Positions 40,208 through 54,619 of a stretch of 64,000 bases of DNA are shown here, piece by piece. The DNA is from Intoshia linei. Taxonomy: Eukaryota; Animalia; Orthonectida. Each line of letters starts with the position of its first letter. The stretch's first letter is position 1. The position numbers were made by a program, and so were the translations under genes. The stretch is from the NCBI GenBank assembly GCA_001642005.1, contig LWCA01000036.1, positions 1-64,000 on the forward strand, given 5' to 3'. The notes under the pieces were generated by a model. It did not search any database. It saw only the letters and a list, made by a program, of their open reading frames with translations, and had not been told where the DNA came from.

Positions 40208-40752
40208 AACATCTGAAGCATTGAGAATGCCAGACAGATTCACCAGCAAGCAATTTTTCAGCAAAATAGACACTTTTGCCACACTTAAAACATTTTTCAA
40301 TGTTCGAATTGGTAAGATTAAGAGGAGTTTTATTTTCATTTTTGACAGTATTTTCGCCACCTTTGTTGCCCCTAAATTGACTACTTTGCATAACAATCTG
40401 AGCATATTCTTTATTTCCGTCAAATTTGTAATTATTCGAAGCTTGGGTGAGTTTAACATGACTCTTCATATGACTTTGGCAGAAAATTTTATTATCTTGA
40501 GCTCGGACAGAGATGAGGTTTAAAATTTTACCGCAATCTTCATGGGTGCATTTAAAACACCATTTATGCCAACTTTCTGTGCCATATGTGATCATTTCAT
40601 TATGGTAAACAGATTTTCCACAATTGTAACAAGCTGGCGCAGTAATTGACGCCATTCTAGGTATTTTTGGTTTATAAGACGTTTTTCCTAATAAACAGTA
40701 AATATATATCAAAATACTAAAAAATATTAAAATTACCTGAATTTGATTGCAT
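40208..40752 (-). CDS. LIM-domain protein (CRP/CRIP-like), 5' exons 40737-40752 and 40208-40687; 3' end unresolved
   Basis: LIM1 CYNCGKSVY...WHKWCFKC...DC...IFCQSH. First half of LIM2, CFKCGKSVYFAEK...WHSQCFRC, is followed by a GTAAGT donor. Confidence 0.82.
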
Positions 40753-41316
40753 GTTTAAAATTTATGAGTAAAAATGTAATTCAATGCGTTAAATTAATGT
40801 GTAGTATTGACTGAAAGTCTAAACAAAAGCTAGAGCGATAATTAATAAATTATACAGCTACTGTTGGAATTTAAAAGTGCGACACAAATTGTATGATACA
40901 ATTGTGGCTAGAGAATGTATCAACGATAAATCAACATTTCATTAGTAACAAATGACCAAATCATTGTTCGCGAGTCTCAACCTGACTACTAGTCAGTGAC
41001 TATAATATAGTACAATTACACGCTTCATACATTCCAACAGAGTTAAATTATATGTATCAAGTTACCGTTTTGAAAATTTTAAAATGTGTAGCAGAATAAA
41101 CAGACTAAAATGTATTTACTTGGTGTATGGCGATATTTTTAAAATGTAAATAAATGTATCATACACATTACATCCAATTTATTAATTACACTGAAGATTT
41201 CATATTATTCTGTGCATAACTGTAATTTATTTTAAAGAATCAAGCCAAAATAAATATAACAAGTAAGTAAATAAACCAATACATACGAAATTGTATAACA
41301 ATTTTTTAAAATTCAA

Positions 41317-41568
41317 ATGTCTAAAAAAAGTAATGCCATGCCATTATATTTAAGGGTAATTGACATTTATTAATTGACGTAATTAAATCTCTGTTAGAAT
41401 TTTAATACTATGAATATATCAGATGAAGTGGACGCTGCAATCGTTAAACTTAAAACTACAAATCCAAATGACATCAAAACAAAGGTAGAAAATGAAATGG
41501 AATGTCTTATACTATTGATACAAAATCCTCGATTTATAGATTCACTTAAAAACATTTTACCTTATTAA
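41317..41568 (+). CDS. Unannotated 69-aa microprotein, 2 exons (41317-41355, 41398-41568), weak L27-like helix
   Basis: A 42-nt GTAATT...GTTAG phase-0 intron joins MSKKSNAMPLYLR to NFNTMNISDEVDAAIVKLKTTNPNDIKTKVENEMECLILLIQNPRFIDSLKNILPY*. Confidence 0.5.
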
Positions 41569-41643
41569 ATTTGAAGGTTAAATTTTAATTTACACGTTAA
41601 TTAAACCTTTAAAAATGGGTTGATTAATTATTAACAAAATAAT

Positions 41644-44600
41644 TTACATTTTATTTTTAATAGCTGGAATCAATTTCAATACAGAGTATTCTCCTTGATT
41701 TTTCATGTGAATAATCCATTTATCGAATTTTTCTTTGTACAAAGTATATTGCTTTTTATACAAGAGTTTATATTTCTAAAATTAAAATTTATACTTTTAT
41801 GTAATGTGAAAATCATACATCCTTTTCTTTTGTAGACATTGCATTCCACAACTTTGCAGCTTTAATGAAGCATACAGTTCTAAATAAATTTTTTTATATT
41901 CTTTAAAATTATGGTAAGTTTTATTTAAAGTGACATTGTACATAAATCAGTTTCAAGAAAAATTTCCAATGTCATTTAGTCTTTTTTCCAATCAAATATA
42001 TTTTGAAATGTATCAATTTATCATAATTGTAATTTCAATATTTTTCAATAAGATGACTAATAACTGAGACTTTGTAATTCAGAGTCAATTGGAATTTTTC
42101 AATATAGACACATAAATTTGCTTTCATTCACCCGTACATTTTTTATATTAACAAATTATGTAAATAAATTACAAAATGTACTTTAATTTTAAAAACATGA
42201 CACTACATGTACATCCAACGATTTCAGGATATACACTTTCAGGGAGCGAACCGCATTTACATTTTATTCATATAATGAAAACGCTATCTTCAGCATATAC
42301 ACTAAAACAGGGATGTCAAATCTGTTGCCCACTTAATATTTTTTATTTAAAAAAAGGAAATATTTAATTGTTAGCGGTTATTAAATCATAATTTATTAAT
42401 TATAATTATTACAATAATTATTGTCTGTAAAGAACTGAATTCTAAGTTATTAAAAAGTGTTATCCACTATATTTTTAAATCTTTAAAAGTCTACCATAAA
42501 AAAATCTTAGATTCACCCCTGTGGCTAGGTGAATATATTTCAATTTATATTGCGGCCCATTAAAAAAAAATTTGTCCATGACAACCCTGTCTAGAAAGTG
42601 GTTCCCAAATGGGATCTACAGAAGCCATTTTAAACGGGGTCCCCGGCAGTTTTTTGAGTTAATGAAAAAAAATTGTTATTTATAGAAATAAAATGAAAAA
42701 TGATATTTCGGTAATGATAGTAATTATTTCTAATTAACGCCATCTGATTTAATATCTTTTTTCTATTTCGCATAAATTTAAGTGAATATATTAAATACTC
42801 TATATAAACGTAAAAACAATAATTCTATATCTTTTACTAATATAAAATTGAATGTCTATGCGAGTTTGTTACCGTATATTTAAATAATTGAAAATCGTAC
42901 AATATAAAAAAAACCACAATTTCTTATACAGTGTTTCCCAGGAGTGTTTATATCTATTTTTCGTTTCTAGATTTGAGTTCTTGACGGACAAAAACCCAAT
43001 TTGCCTTTTTATGTAAAAATAAAATCATCCCAAAAATGTAATAAAACAAATTCTGGGCGCGGTTTAAAATCTCCGCCTCAGAAATGCACACCTTCTTAGT
43101 CAAACCCACAAATTACACAATGGTTAAAAAAATGAAACATGTCCTAAACTTTTATAAAACTTAAATTATGGGATAGCTTTAAAAGCCATAAGCATTATAA
43201 TAAATAACAACCTCAAAAAGTGCATTTTAACGATTAAAATAACAAATTTACCCTTTTTTTAAAAAATAAAAACAGACCTAGAATTAAAAAAACATTACAG
43301 ACGACACAGTTATATCCAGTTAACGCACGCAAAAAATTTCAATCTTAAAATGTAACTCCTTCACGGTCAAAAAAGCAGTTTATTATTCATTTTTTTATTT
43401 CAAAAGTTAAAATTCAACTAAAAATTTAAAATAATCAACGGTTCTACAATGAAGGTGCTAAATTTAAAATAGGTTAAGAAACCTGGATTAATATGTAACT
43501 ATTATAATTAAGTATGTAATTACTTTTTATCGTTCTTTAACTTTTCAGAATTTAATTTAATAAACAAAGCAAATTGGTTAGAAGCACCACATTCTGGCAT
43601 TTGATAATTTCTAGCAACTTTTAAAACGTACTTCTAAAATTAATAATAAATATTAAGCAGAGTATATAATGTTTCACATATCTAATATAGTCAATTCTCC
43701 AGAGATAAAAATTATTTTTTTTTATTTGAACAAAAATACATGCTCAAAATTGAAAATATCTCTGTTAGAAAAAATTTTCAAGTTATAAAAAACAGAAAAT
43801 AGGTCATTCAAAAATACAAAGAAATAATTATCATGAAAAAAATAGAATATTCCAATATTATCACGTGAAATCATAAAAAATATTAAAACACCCAAAGAAA
43901 ACTTGTAGATAAATATAAAATCGCAGTTGGTATAGTTTACATTCCTTAAAGATGGTAAAGAAGTTAAGAAATCAATGAACAATGTATAATCGGTAAAAAC
44001 AAGAAAATTAAGCAAAATTCATTTAAATATGGAATCATATTACTTGAATGTTTTCACATCAGCAAAATTTAAACTTTATAATCAGTGATGAAGATGTTAG
44101 ACAAGATACACCGAAAAAATGGGGGAAATTGGTAAAGAAAATTTTACGGCGTCTACTGGGTGCTTCGATAATTTTAAAAAAAGACACACTATAAAAAAAC
44201 TAATAACTAAAAGGTGAAGCAAATTTTATTTACATATATACTAATTTGCTAGACAAGTTTTTGAAAATTTTGAAAAAATATGGAAAAATTGTAAGTTACA
44301 ATTTGTAACAAGAACATGTAATTGTTAATTGCGTGAAACAGACTGACATGAGACATACTATTTTGTTGTTCATACTTATGAAACCTTTGGTCAGATATTA
44401 ATCAAAAAACCTCATTGTTTTAAAAACAATAAACACATATAATAAAAAATCTTAATATTGATTATACTTATACTTAACAAACTTTGTTCATTTCTTCTAT
44501 ATTGAAAAAATTTTTAATTTGACATTTTGACGTTCATCTTTAGAGAATTTACTGTAACTGAAAAACACTTAAAATTCTACCAATTGCAAAATTAAAATCT

Positions 44601-46208
44601 TATCAACGATTAGTTAATTTAACCTTGTAAAGATAAGGTGTATTGTATATTCTGTTTATGTGTTGGAATTTACTATATGCAATGTTTTTTCCTTTGATTT
44701 GATCGGATTTATTATAATAGTCCAGCAAGTTTTCATGGTATACTTCTATATATTTCTAAAAAAAGTTAATGGTAATATTATTAAAAAAAATATTTAAATT
44801 TCATTTCTCTTTACCAGATACAATGCAATGAAATATTTCAAATGTGTAAGTAAAACTTGACATACCGATTAGAGTTCTCAACACGATCCGCAGCACTAAA
44901 TTTTAAATTTTGATGAATAATTACTGATAGTTTATTATAATTATTCGGTAAAATCCTTAACTAACTTTAACCCGAACAAAAACTTAAACCGTGCTGCAGA
45001 ACTCTAATATTTATCATATCAAAGCAATTAAATACACATATTACCATTTTATCATATTCTTTCATGTGGAACCATTTTTTACATAAATGTTGATGCACTA
45101 ATCGCATATCACCAAATGTTTTAACAATAGTTTCATCTTGTTTCATCATTTTTTGTACATAGGTAATATAGGGAGCTAAAATAGAAACACGTAAGTATAA
45201 ACATTAATTTTACAAATTAAAAAAATTCTACCAGAGCCAAGACCCTCCCAAGAGGCTTCGGAGAAATTTATGCAAAATGGTGGCTCATTTTTTCAAATTG
45301 AGAATTAAACAAAATGATATTTTTTAAAAGACTATTACTATTTTACTATATGGCAGTAGTTTTTGATTGGGGTCCAAAACTATATGTCTGGGTCCGTGAG
45401 ATTTAAATAAAATTTAGTTTATTTTTATATGAGAATTTTCATTATTTATTAAATAGTTGCCAGAGGTTGGGAATTTATCCCAAAGCCTAGAAAACCGTTA
45501 CAATATTATTTCAAAAATCCTACTTTTATTACACCATTAATATAATTTAATAAAAAGTAACATTTCAAACCCTCAGGAAAAAATGTACTTTTACAGATAT
45601 TTTTTTGAAAAACCCGTTTTTACCAAATCTTATAAGCAACAACTTCCTAATCCAAAACCCAAAATAAAAAATCCTCTTTTTCCAATAAATAATTTTTTTG
45701 AAAAACACGATTTTACCAAATCATATGAAAAAAAACTATTAATTAATAAATTTTTTATATTTCATGTTCCTTTAGGGGTCCAAAAATATAAATATTTTTA
45801 AATGGGATGTGGAAAAGCAGCGTTTCCTAAATGCTGGTCCGTGAAAATTTTTTACCGGTGCGCTAAACACACATTACATATTGTCAAACAATCTTCTAGA
45901 AATGAGTTATGAACAGGGCGTTATCGAAAATTAGGTTTGTATGTTTATGGAAAGAGTATGTACATTTAACGAAACGTAAACATTTCGGATTAGTTTTTTT
46001 AATACACACAATATGTATTTGGATGATTTAGTCACTAAATTTTAGTGTAAAAATTAATATTGTCATAATTACGCAAGATTATTATACATTAATTCACTAA
46101 ATAATAGATAAAACACTTACTAACTGGACGTTTTGGGAATGGAATCAAAACAGACATATTTTTATACAGTTGAATCACAGGAATGTGTAATTTTTTTAAA
46201 ATTTTCAT
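41644..46208 (-). CDS. TFAM: Mitochondrial transcription factor A-like two-HMG-box protein (~217 aa); exons 46121-46208, 45045-45175, 44624-44755, 43524-43633, 41819-41879, 41644-41775
   Basis: Basic presequence-like N-terminus without acidic residues. HMG1 PKRPVTPYITY...KWFHMKEYDKMKY. ~45-aa linker. HMG2 ...AAKLWNAMSTKEKDKY...YKEKFDKWIIHMKNQG, resembling the TFAM C-terminus. All junctions are phase-consistent. Confidence 0.75.
43950..44222 (+). mobile_element. pogo/Tigger transposase remnant (CENP-B HTH region) in a TFAM intron
   Basis: ENFTASTGCFDNFKKRH...LKGEA matches the Tigger F-x-AS-x-GWF-x-x-FK-x-RH...GEA motif. Decayed. Confidence 0.65.
44850..45012 (-). pseudogene. Relic of an unidentified protein-coding family (copy B) in TFAM intron 2
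   Basis: NIRVLQHG-[30-nt insert with stops]-RILPNNYNKLSVIIHQNLKFSAADRV. Collinear with 32610-32765. Confidence 0.55.
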
Positions 46209-46973
46209 TTCCGAGAAGTAAAAATATACTCCTACATTTCACATTAATAAAATTATTTTCAAGTTAAACAGCAAGCTTTGAAACTTTGTAGTATTTATAA
46301 ATTTATCATTTTATATTTTTTAATTATATTGACTTGTAAATGATGGACATAATTTTTAATAGAATTATACAACGTGCATTTAATGCTTATTTCATCTTAT
46401 TGTTTTATCTTTTTATCCAACAATTCCATCTCTCGTAAACGCTAAATTTTAAATTTTAAACATAAAATAAAAAATATATAAAGTATAGATGTACTAATAT
46501 CATATTACACTAGCTTGACTGTTATATACTTCGTTCAGATAGCATCATAGCTCTACCGAGGGCGGATATTTTTATTTTACTAGAAAAATAAATTCAAAAA
46601 GAAAATTTCACCTGAAAATGCTACTACAGTGATATCTCGATATAGTCACGTTCGATTACTTAAATTTTAATTAAATATAAAAACGATAACAAAGTTTTTT
46701 TTTTAGTAATTCGTTGTTGTAGTTATAATTTATATTATTACATATCCTAGAAAAATCTGATTTTTTTTAAACAAAAGGGGAAATATGGTTTTGACCCTGA
46801 AGGACTCAAATTCTGAAACTGAAAAATGGATAAAAACACGTATTGGGAAAAACGGTATTAGAAATTGGTGTTTTTTAAATCCTGCGACGGTCAATTTTTT
46901 CAATAAATGGTTACACAAATCAACGTTTATTTTTATGTAAGTAAAGGACTAGTCAACACTAACAAATATTTCT

Positions 46974-48575
46974 TTATACTATTGATTTTATCTGGTGTAA
47001 TTTTTTTTTACGATTCTAATGATAGTACACACAAAAAAAGTTTACACAGAACAGAGTAACACAGAAATTACAATTAAACATTTTGATATTATTTAAAAAT
47101 TTTTATTTATTTTAATTAAAAAATGTTTATATTTGTCGTAGCAATTTATTGTACATTATAATAATAATGGATTCAAGTATACCTGAGAAATTTCAAAATT
47201 AATCTGATTTTTATATTTCATTTCTTTACCCATCATTTTCATTTCTTGTAAAAAATTTTCTCTTTCGTTAATTTCTTTATTTACTAAAATTAGACATTAA
47301 AAATGAACAACCAAAAGAAATTTGCTTTATTGAAAGCTTTCATACACTAGGCTTTTTTTCACTTAACCATTTTTAACATTCTAAAATACTATTTCTTTAT
47401 CTCTCTATTTATATTATAGTCACTATAATATAGTGTATGTGCCATCATGGCACATGTCAAGGTCTAATTGTAATTCAAAATGAAATAATTTTTTACATAG
47501 TTTAAAATTATACCAAAATGTATAAAAGCGGTTTTTTACACTGCACTCCGAGTATCAATATTTTATTAACATTTTGGAAATTATAAATTACATTCATTAA
47601 ATCGGAAATCGTTATCAAAATTTTCCATGCTTTTTAACTTTTCATTCAGTAATCTCTTTTTAAACTTGATTTGAGCTTCAATGTTTTTCTTTTTTACATT
47701 TTTTCCATAAACTAATAAATTTATGTAACGTTTCTTTTCGTTTTCATCCAAAGGAACTAAATTAGAAGCATTAGTACAATATTTAATCTATATACATTTT
47801 TAATTGTGTATTTATGTGTTAAGCAATCCTATGAAATCATACTTTTATTGCACCTTGGAATATATTTTTCTCGTTCATATAACCCGCCATCTATAATATC
47901 TTGTTTTTTTCGTAGTTTTGGAATGTAATTGTTTTTTTCTATTTTAGATTTTTTTAATACGATATCCTGATTATATTTTGACGAATGCGGGTTGCATCGT
48001 AATGATAAAATTTGACCATCTAATAATAGTAAATTTAATTATTTTTTCATTATTCATTTCACCTTTTATGACATCATTAATTTGACGTCTTTGAAACATT
48101 GTTAATTTGCTTTCATTAATCAAATCTAAGACGATTAGTAATTTATATTTTTAGTATTATTATATAAAAAAATTTTCACTTTGATATTATTTTTAGGTAC
48201 AGTAGTTCAAATTTAGGATTAATATTTGATATAGATACTCATGCACGGAGTTCTATGTTCTTTTTAAAAAAATCATTAAATACAAAAATGTTATATAGAT
48301 TTTGAAAACCACTATGATTAATATTATTTCGTTTGTTTTTCCTTTTATATTAAATTTACAAGATTCGGAAAATAAGTTATACAATTCGTAAACATTACTG
48401 AAAAAAGGGAAGGGTCACTGATAAAATATTATCTAAAATTTTAAGCTATAAATTTAATTAATTCTTTAATCCTACCGTTCAATAGATTTTGTGTACTTTG
48501 ACTATATTTACCAGTATGACTTTTTCCAGGATTCCAAAATCCTCCATTTTTTACTATTTGCGAATTGTCAGTCAT
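46974..48575 (-). CDS. UPF0193 / EVG1 family protein (C22orf23 homologue), multi-exon
   Basis: GGFWNP...YSQSTQNLLN|DLINESKLTMFQRRQINDVIKDGQILSLRCNPHSS, GGLYEREKYIP, ENEKKRYINLLVYGK and KEINERENFLQEMKMMGKEMKYKNQINFEISQ align with EVG1 motifs. The last exon is tentative. Confidence 0.85.
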
Positions 48576-48988
48576 TTTTACATTAATATATCTTTGTTTA
48601 CATATATCGTAGCATTTAATATTGAAATTAATAAATTAAATGGAGATAACACTGTTTAGTATACATTTTATTGTTACTATTTATAATATAAGTTAAAATT
48701 TTCATTTTATTTAGACTCTGCGATATGATTGTACATCTAGGTCCTCTTCACGTTCCTGGTGCAGAAGTGATTTTAAGATTAAATAATAAATAATATTGTA
48801 AAACTTTTCCTAAAAGTGTCGTTCCAATATTTCAGAATCATCAATACTGACCATGAAATATATTTTTAAAAATGTATTTTTTTGAAATAACGTAATGTAT
48901 AACAAAAAATAGGCGAGTCTTTTATGAAAGATGGATCACGAAGGTTTATCAGTAGCGAACCACTGGTTTAAATTACACGTATCTACAT

Positions 48989-50801
48989 TAGAGCGTCCCA
49001 CTTTTTTTATATAGAAAAAGTATACCAGGCAATGTTTCCCATTTACCTCATGGGTATTATATATAAATTTGTAAATCATAATATTAAGGTTTGGTCAGGC
49101 GCGGACCCAATAAAATGTCAATAATATATCAGAATGAACATCAAGTTATTTATGAATATTACCTGAATTACTATTCACGCTTTTTATAAAATGGATATTA
49201 CTAAGCGTATTAAAAAAAATTTAGATTAAATAAATAATTTACAAAATCACATATCGAACCTTTATATTTGCTTTCACTGGAAATTTAGAATATTTGTAAA
49301 TTGATAAAATTACTATTTATTAATTATATAATAAAATTCTATAAACAACAAAAAAATTCGAATTAATAACGAAGATTTTAATTTTTCTGATTTAAAATTT
49401 ATTGCACCTCATACAGATGACTTACATAATAAAGATTATAAATACGGTCAAGTTGATGTTATATCAGTAAAAAAAGCCGATATGGCATCCATTATTACAA
49501 ATACCTCTATTCGAAAAATAAATAAAATTTTAAAACTGTCCAACAAAGAATCAAATATACCAAGTAAAAGTGCACTATTTTATAATATAAACAAAATTTT
49601 AAAAACCGTTAAAGAAACTTTAATAAATGATGTAGCTTCGTTTAACCAGAACTTGTGTTTATATTTTGACGGCAAAAAAATAATTAGATATGACGGCCAT
49701 AAAACTGACAAACTGGCTGTTTGAATTTCTAGAGAAAATTATTCAATATTTATTGCTTTACGGTCAAATAATAGTAAGGATCTTACAATATACTAATAAA
49801 TTCTAAATGTTTGGAGTTATTTAATATTAATGATAAATATCAATGGTAATTTGCGACACAAGAAGCTTCAACAACGGTATTCATCAGGGTGTAATAACTT
49901 AATTAAAACAGATTTTGCCAGAGTTTACATACGAAGATTGTCGGTTTCATATATTAAACCTTATACTTAAACATGTTTTTTATACTGTTTTTCAAGTTAC
50001 TACAAATTCGTCCAATATTCCATTTTCATTTGTAACAAAACTTAAAGAAAATTTTGTTATTATAAAATCTAAATATATCGGAGAAATTAATATAGAATAC
50101 AATGCTAATTTACACCAATAAAATACCAAAAAAATCTAATTATCAAATGTAAAAAGCCAAGTGCATTTCTAATTCTCGTTGGAATGCAAAAGCATTGTAT
50201 GCATGGAAATCATACATCTTAAATGTGGATAGAGCACCAGAGATGAAATAAATTTGATTTTATAGCAAATTTTTAGTCTAAATGTTGGTTTACATGCAGA
50301 TTTCAAACATTTGCAGAATGGGATTCCTTAGAAGCAGAATTTCTATTAAATTATCCAACTGTAGATAAATGTTTGAACAAGCATTACCTCCGCAACAAAC
50401 ACTTTGAGCAGAAAGCTAAAAATTTCGTACACAATCAAAATAGCAGAACGGGTTTAAAATGCATGGATGACTATTCCATCTGATAAAAAATTGGAACAAA
50501 TGTGTATAAAAAAATATAACAATTATAATTTTTAATAATAAAATGAATTTTGATCTAATTATACGACCATAAAGATACATCATGTTTTTGATATGATAAA
50601 ATATTGACTTTTAATTCATGAAAATAAACTTATGTTCGTTTAAATTTATTATTTTTTTCAAAATAAAATTTTCGTACTTCGCCTGACCAAATTAAAATTA
50701 AATTATAAATTAAAAGCGACATCTTACATTGTATACAAAATGGGACATACAGTCAAAAATACTTTTTAAATTTCAAACAAAAATGTTAAATTGGGACACT
50801 A
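48989..50801 (+). mobile_element. Decayed DNA transposon with TAG-type termini (hATm-like) and transposase remnants
   Basis: TAGAGCGTCCCA ... TGGGACACTA ends, with a second left end at ~55346. Remnant peptides LYFDGK...DKLAV, CDTRSFNNG and DCRFHILNLILKH. The subgroup assignment is from recalled motifs. Confidence 0.6.
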
Positions 50802-52310
50802 CTGTGCATGTATATAAATACTAGTGTGCATTTACGTGTAGTAGTGTTCATATACGGAACATTTTAAATTTTAATTGTATTGCACTGCATTATATCATTT
50901 TTGTACTTAAAATAGTGATTGAACATTTATTTAATTGTACTTTTATTACGTTACTGATATAATATTCTCATTGGTACATCGTAATTGTTGATTATTGCCT
51001 TTAATTTCGCAATTATTCTATTAGTTGTTCTTCTTGTTGAGTCCAATCGTGTTTGAATGTATATAAACTCTAGATTTTAGAGTATAAATTGAAAAATTTA
51101 TTAAGCAATCTTGATTTTATAGATGAAAAAACTCTTCTATAGGATTTAATTGAGGTGTATAAGGAGGTAAAAAGTGAGAAACTTTGTATGAAGTTAAAAA
51201 TAGTGTTCTTGTAGATATTGATTTTTTTGTTTTGTGTGATCTGCAATTACCCATGATGACGTATTTTTATATGAATTTATTACAAAATTATCTCCCTGAT
51301 CTGCCAATTTGCTCATCATTTAAATATAAATGCACAATAGTATTTATATCAGTGCACAACATTGTAAAACAAAAAATATGACATAATTAACGGTCCAACA
51401 ATTAATTAAAAGAGATAATTCTGATACAGCTTATTTCAGTTGATATAAATACAAAATATTGACCCTTAAATCTACGCATTCCCGGAAAAAAATAATTTTT
51501 AATATACATTGTATTATCAACTAATATTTTTCAAATGTTGGATTAAAATTAAAAAGTAAATAATCATCCTACAAGTTCAAAAAAAATATGTATTGAACGT
51601 CTAAACATTTCCAATAAAGAAATATGGGTGAAAATCTATATAATTCATTCCTTCGGATTTTTTTTTATTGCTACGCAATTTTCCATTTTCAAAAAATTTA
51701 ACGAAATTTATTTTAAAACTACAACTTTGTTATTACAAATTCATTTTTATATTCATTTCAATGCTTTGCAATGTTGGTAAAATGCATTTGAAATGTGTTT
51801 AAACTTCTGCGTCCGTTAATTATTATACATAATTGGTATTTATAATTGTTTATTAAATTGATAATGAATTGTTAGATTACATTTTAATTTTTAATGTTAA
51901 AATTAGATAAGTCTGCCCTCGGCAGAGCTAGGCAAATAATATAATATAATAATACCAGACAGGTTAATAGTGAGCATTAGCTTAGAACATTACATATTAA
52001 AGCACAATACTATGTTTGCATTGATAACATACTTAATAATACGTAGGCAGTATTTTTAATTTATTTAATACGGGAAATGACGAAATTACTTACTTTTTCT
52101 TCAACTCTAAGCATTTAAAAATTAACCTAATAATAAATTAAAATGTTTTGTTTTATTTACAAAAGTACACAGAATATATTACTACATTTATTTGTAACTT
52201 GCGACATCTAAATATTTCAATATATCTAAACAACCTAAACAATAAAATATGAAAAAATACTAAAATATTAATATTGATATTCACAATTTCCACTTTCTAT
52301 AACTATTATA

Positions 52311-54210
52311 ATGAACGGGTCAAGTTTGGACAAGTCCTATTCATCTGTATCCTTCGGCGGTTGCAATTTTAAAGCTGAAAACAATGATTATAACCAAAAT
52401 GACGAAAAACCTCAATTTTTTCTTGATTTTACTGATAATTCAAATAATCAGAAAAATACATTAAATTGCGTTGAAACATTTATCCACAAAAATTCAATCA
52501 TAAACCATAATAATTATATAAATTCACATTTTAAAATTCCTAATATATACCAAATGCCATTAGAACAAGGTAACGATTCCGAAATAATTGCATGTTTACA
52601 ATGTTTTTGCAATTTCATATCAATGTTGAAATGTCAATTAATATAAAGTAAATTTAGGTTCGAGAAAAAAAATTGAAAAAAATGGTAAATTCAGAAAAAT
52701 GAGCCATTTCAATAATGTGGAAAACTTAAATAAAAATGCAGACAATTTCCGCAATAATAGATTATTAAAAAAATACCTAGAACTATTTTTGCTGATGAAT
52801 ACAGATGAAAAAATTAACAAGAAAAGTAAAAAAAACATCAATTATTATAACAAAAACTTTAAAATCAATAAGATTAAGAATAAAAAAAAATTAAAATCTC
52901 AATCTCGTGAAAATTCCATAATTTCTAGATCAACAGGTAATTTTTATAATATGTTGACAGTCATGACTAGTAGTTGAGCCCAACCTACATTGTCTGTTTT
53001 TTATGAGAATGAAAAAAATACTTATTTATGGACACAGTATTAAAGTGATTTTACTTTATTTATGATTATAATGCTAACCTTTTTAATTTAATAGTTTTAA
53101 ATATTAATCAGTTGTGAGGCGCTTACGTAGTCCAAATTTACAAAAATTATCAATCAAATAAAACATTTTTCATTAATTTTTTTTATTTATTAGGTCACAT
53201 AGTCCTCTTTTTTGTAAAAAATATCTGTTGTTTAGATACAATCCAAAATATAATTACATAGAAAAACTGAAATGAAAATAGAATTTTAAATTTTTTTAAA
53301 ATTTGTCCACTCATATGGCTACTGAATCATTCTGTAACAAATAATTACTTAAATTAGTAAAAAAAGTTTCATTAAATACAAACACGTATTCCATTAAATG
53401 AAATAATTAGTAAAACGAAATTACTAAATGAATGCTACTATCCATGATTGCTATTTAGTGTTTCATTCATCGATAAATATAAAATGTTAAATAATGTAAA
53501 ATCAATGTAGATTCTAGAATTATAATAGACACAACAATTGCCTCAAAAAACTACAAAACAAAATATTCTCTCAAATCAACAGCACAAATTAGTAGAAAAA
53601 TTATTCCAATGTATTACTCTTCAAATTGTAACAGATTCAACGTTAAAAAATCCAATACAAATACAAATGACATTAGTAATAACAGTGAAGTAGAAGTTTT
53701 ATCAGATAAATGTTCCAATTGTGTTAAACATAGGAATGTATATCATCTGAGATATAGCCATTTGGAATCTTCGCAAAATTGGCTGAAACGGAAAGAGAAA
53801 ATACTAAAAACAGAAAAACAAAAGAAAAGAAAAAAAACAATTTATTTAAAGAATCAAAAAATTATGGAAAATAATAAAAAAATAGAAAATATAAAAAAAT
53901 CTGATGCAGCAGTTAAAGAGTGGTTGTTACAAAAAAACACTGCAAATAAAAATGATAAACACTCCAATGTGACGAAAAACGTAACCGGTAAATGTAATGA
54001 AAAGGAAGAAAATGAAATTAAAGATGTAAAACAAGGTATATAAATTCATCTTGATTATTATGAATTGATCATGAATTACATTTTTTATTTTGTTATGTAG
54101 AAAACGATAAATCAAAAAGAAAAGTTTCATTCTCTGACAAGGTTCAATATTGCAGTCAATCTGAAGAAAAAATTATTAATCAAAAATTAAAATATTTTAA
54201 TGAAGAATAA
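52311..54210 (+). CDS. Uncharacterised Lys/Asn-rich coiled-coil protein (~390 aa); exons 52311-52569, 52658-52936, 53511-54035, 54101-54210
   Basis: Four phase-consistent exons. Repeated W-L-x-x-K helices (NWLKRK, EWLLQK) are reminiscent of CCDC34/CCDC181-type proteins. Confidence 0.72.
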
Positions 54211-54231
54211 ATATTTTCCTTCCATTCTAAT

Positions 54232-54619
54232 TTATATATTCTCCAATTCATGAGCATATGCCATAGTTTTGTCAATAACGTTTTCGTATTTCATTTCAGG
54301 ATAGTCAGATTCGACTGTATCAAAATTAAACACATGGTCCCGCATGACCCATTTTTTCTAGACAGGAAATGTATATTTAAAAAAATAATCAAACCTCATT
54401 AGCGAAATGCACTGTTTCAACATCGTTAGTGAAATGTAGCATTCTGGTTGCGTCTTTCAGTTTTAAATGAGTATATGCCTTGACAATACAAAATGATATT
54501 TGATTACTATTACTAATATTAGTTTTCGGATATTAAGGCAATTACCGCACAGTTTTTAATAAGGAATCCATAAATATAGTATACATCTTGGATGGTACAT
54601 TATGTCTCAATTGAAAAAT
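54232..54619 (-). CDS. PSMD8: 26S proteasome non-ATPase subunit 8 (Rpn12), last three exons only
   Basis: IFQLRHNVPSKMYTIFMDSLLKTVR|NQISFCIVKAY...ATRMLHF...FANE|KKW...TMAYAHELENI* matches the PSMD8 C-terminal half. No 5' exons were found in the window. Confidence 0.87.

Noticed and set aside
40167-40523. 118-aa plus-strand ORF
   Set aside because: It is the antisense shadow of the LIM exon.
47411-47431. Perfect 10-bp palindrome ATATTATAGT-C-ACTATAATAT, with a related motif at ~40990-41010
   Set aside because: It is short and AT-rich, so chance or a TE footprint cannot be excluded.
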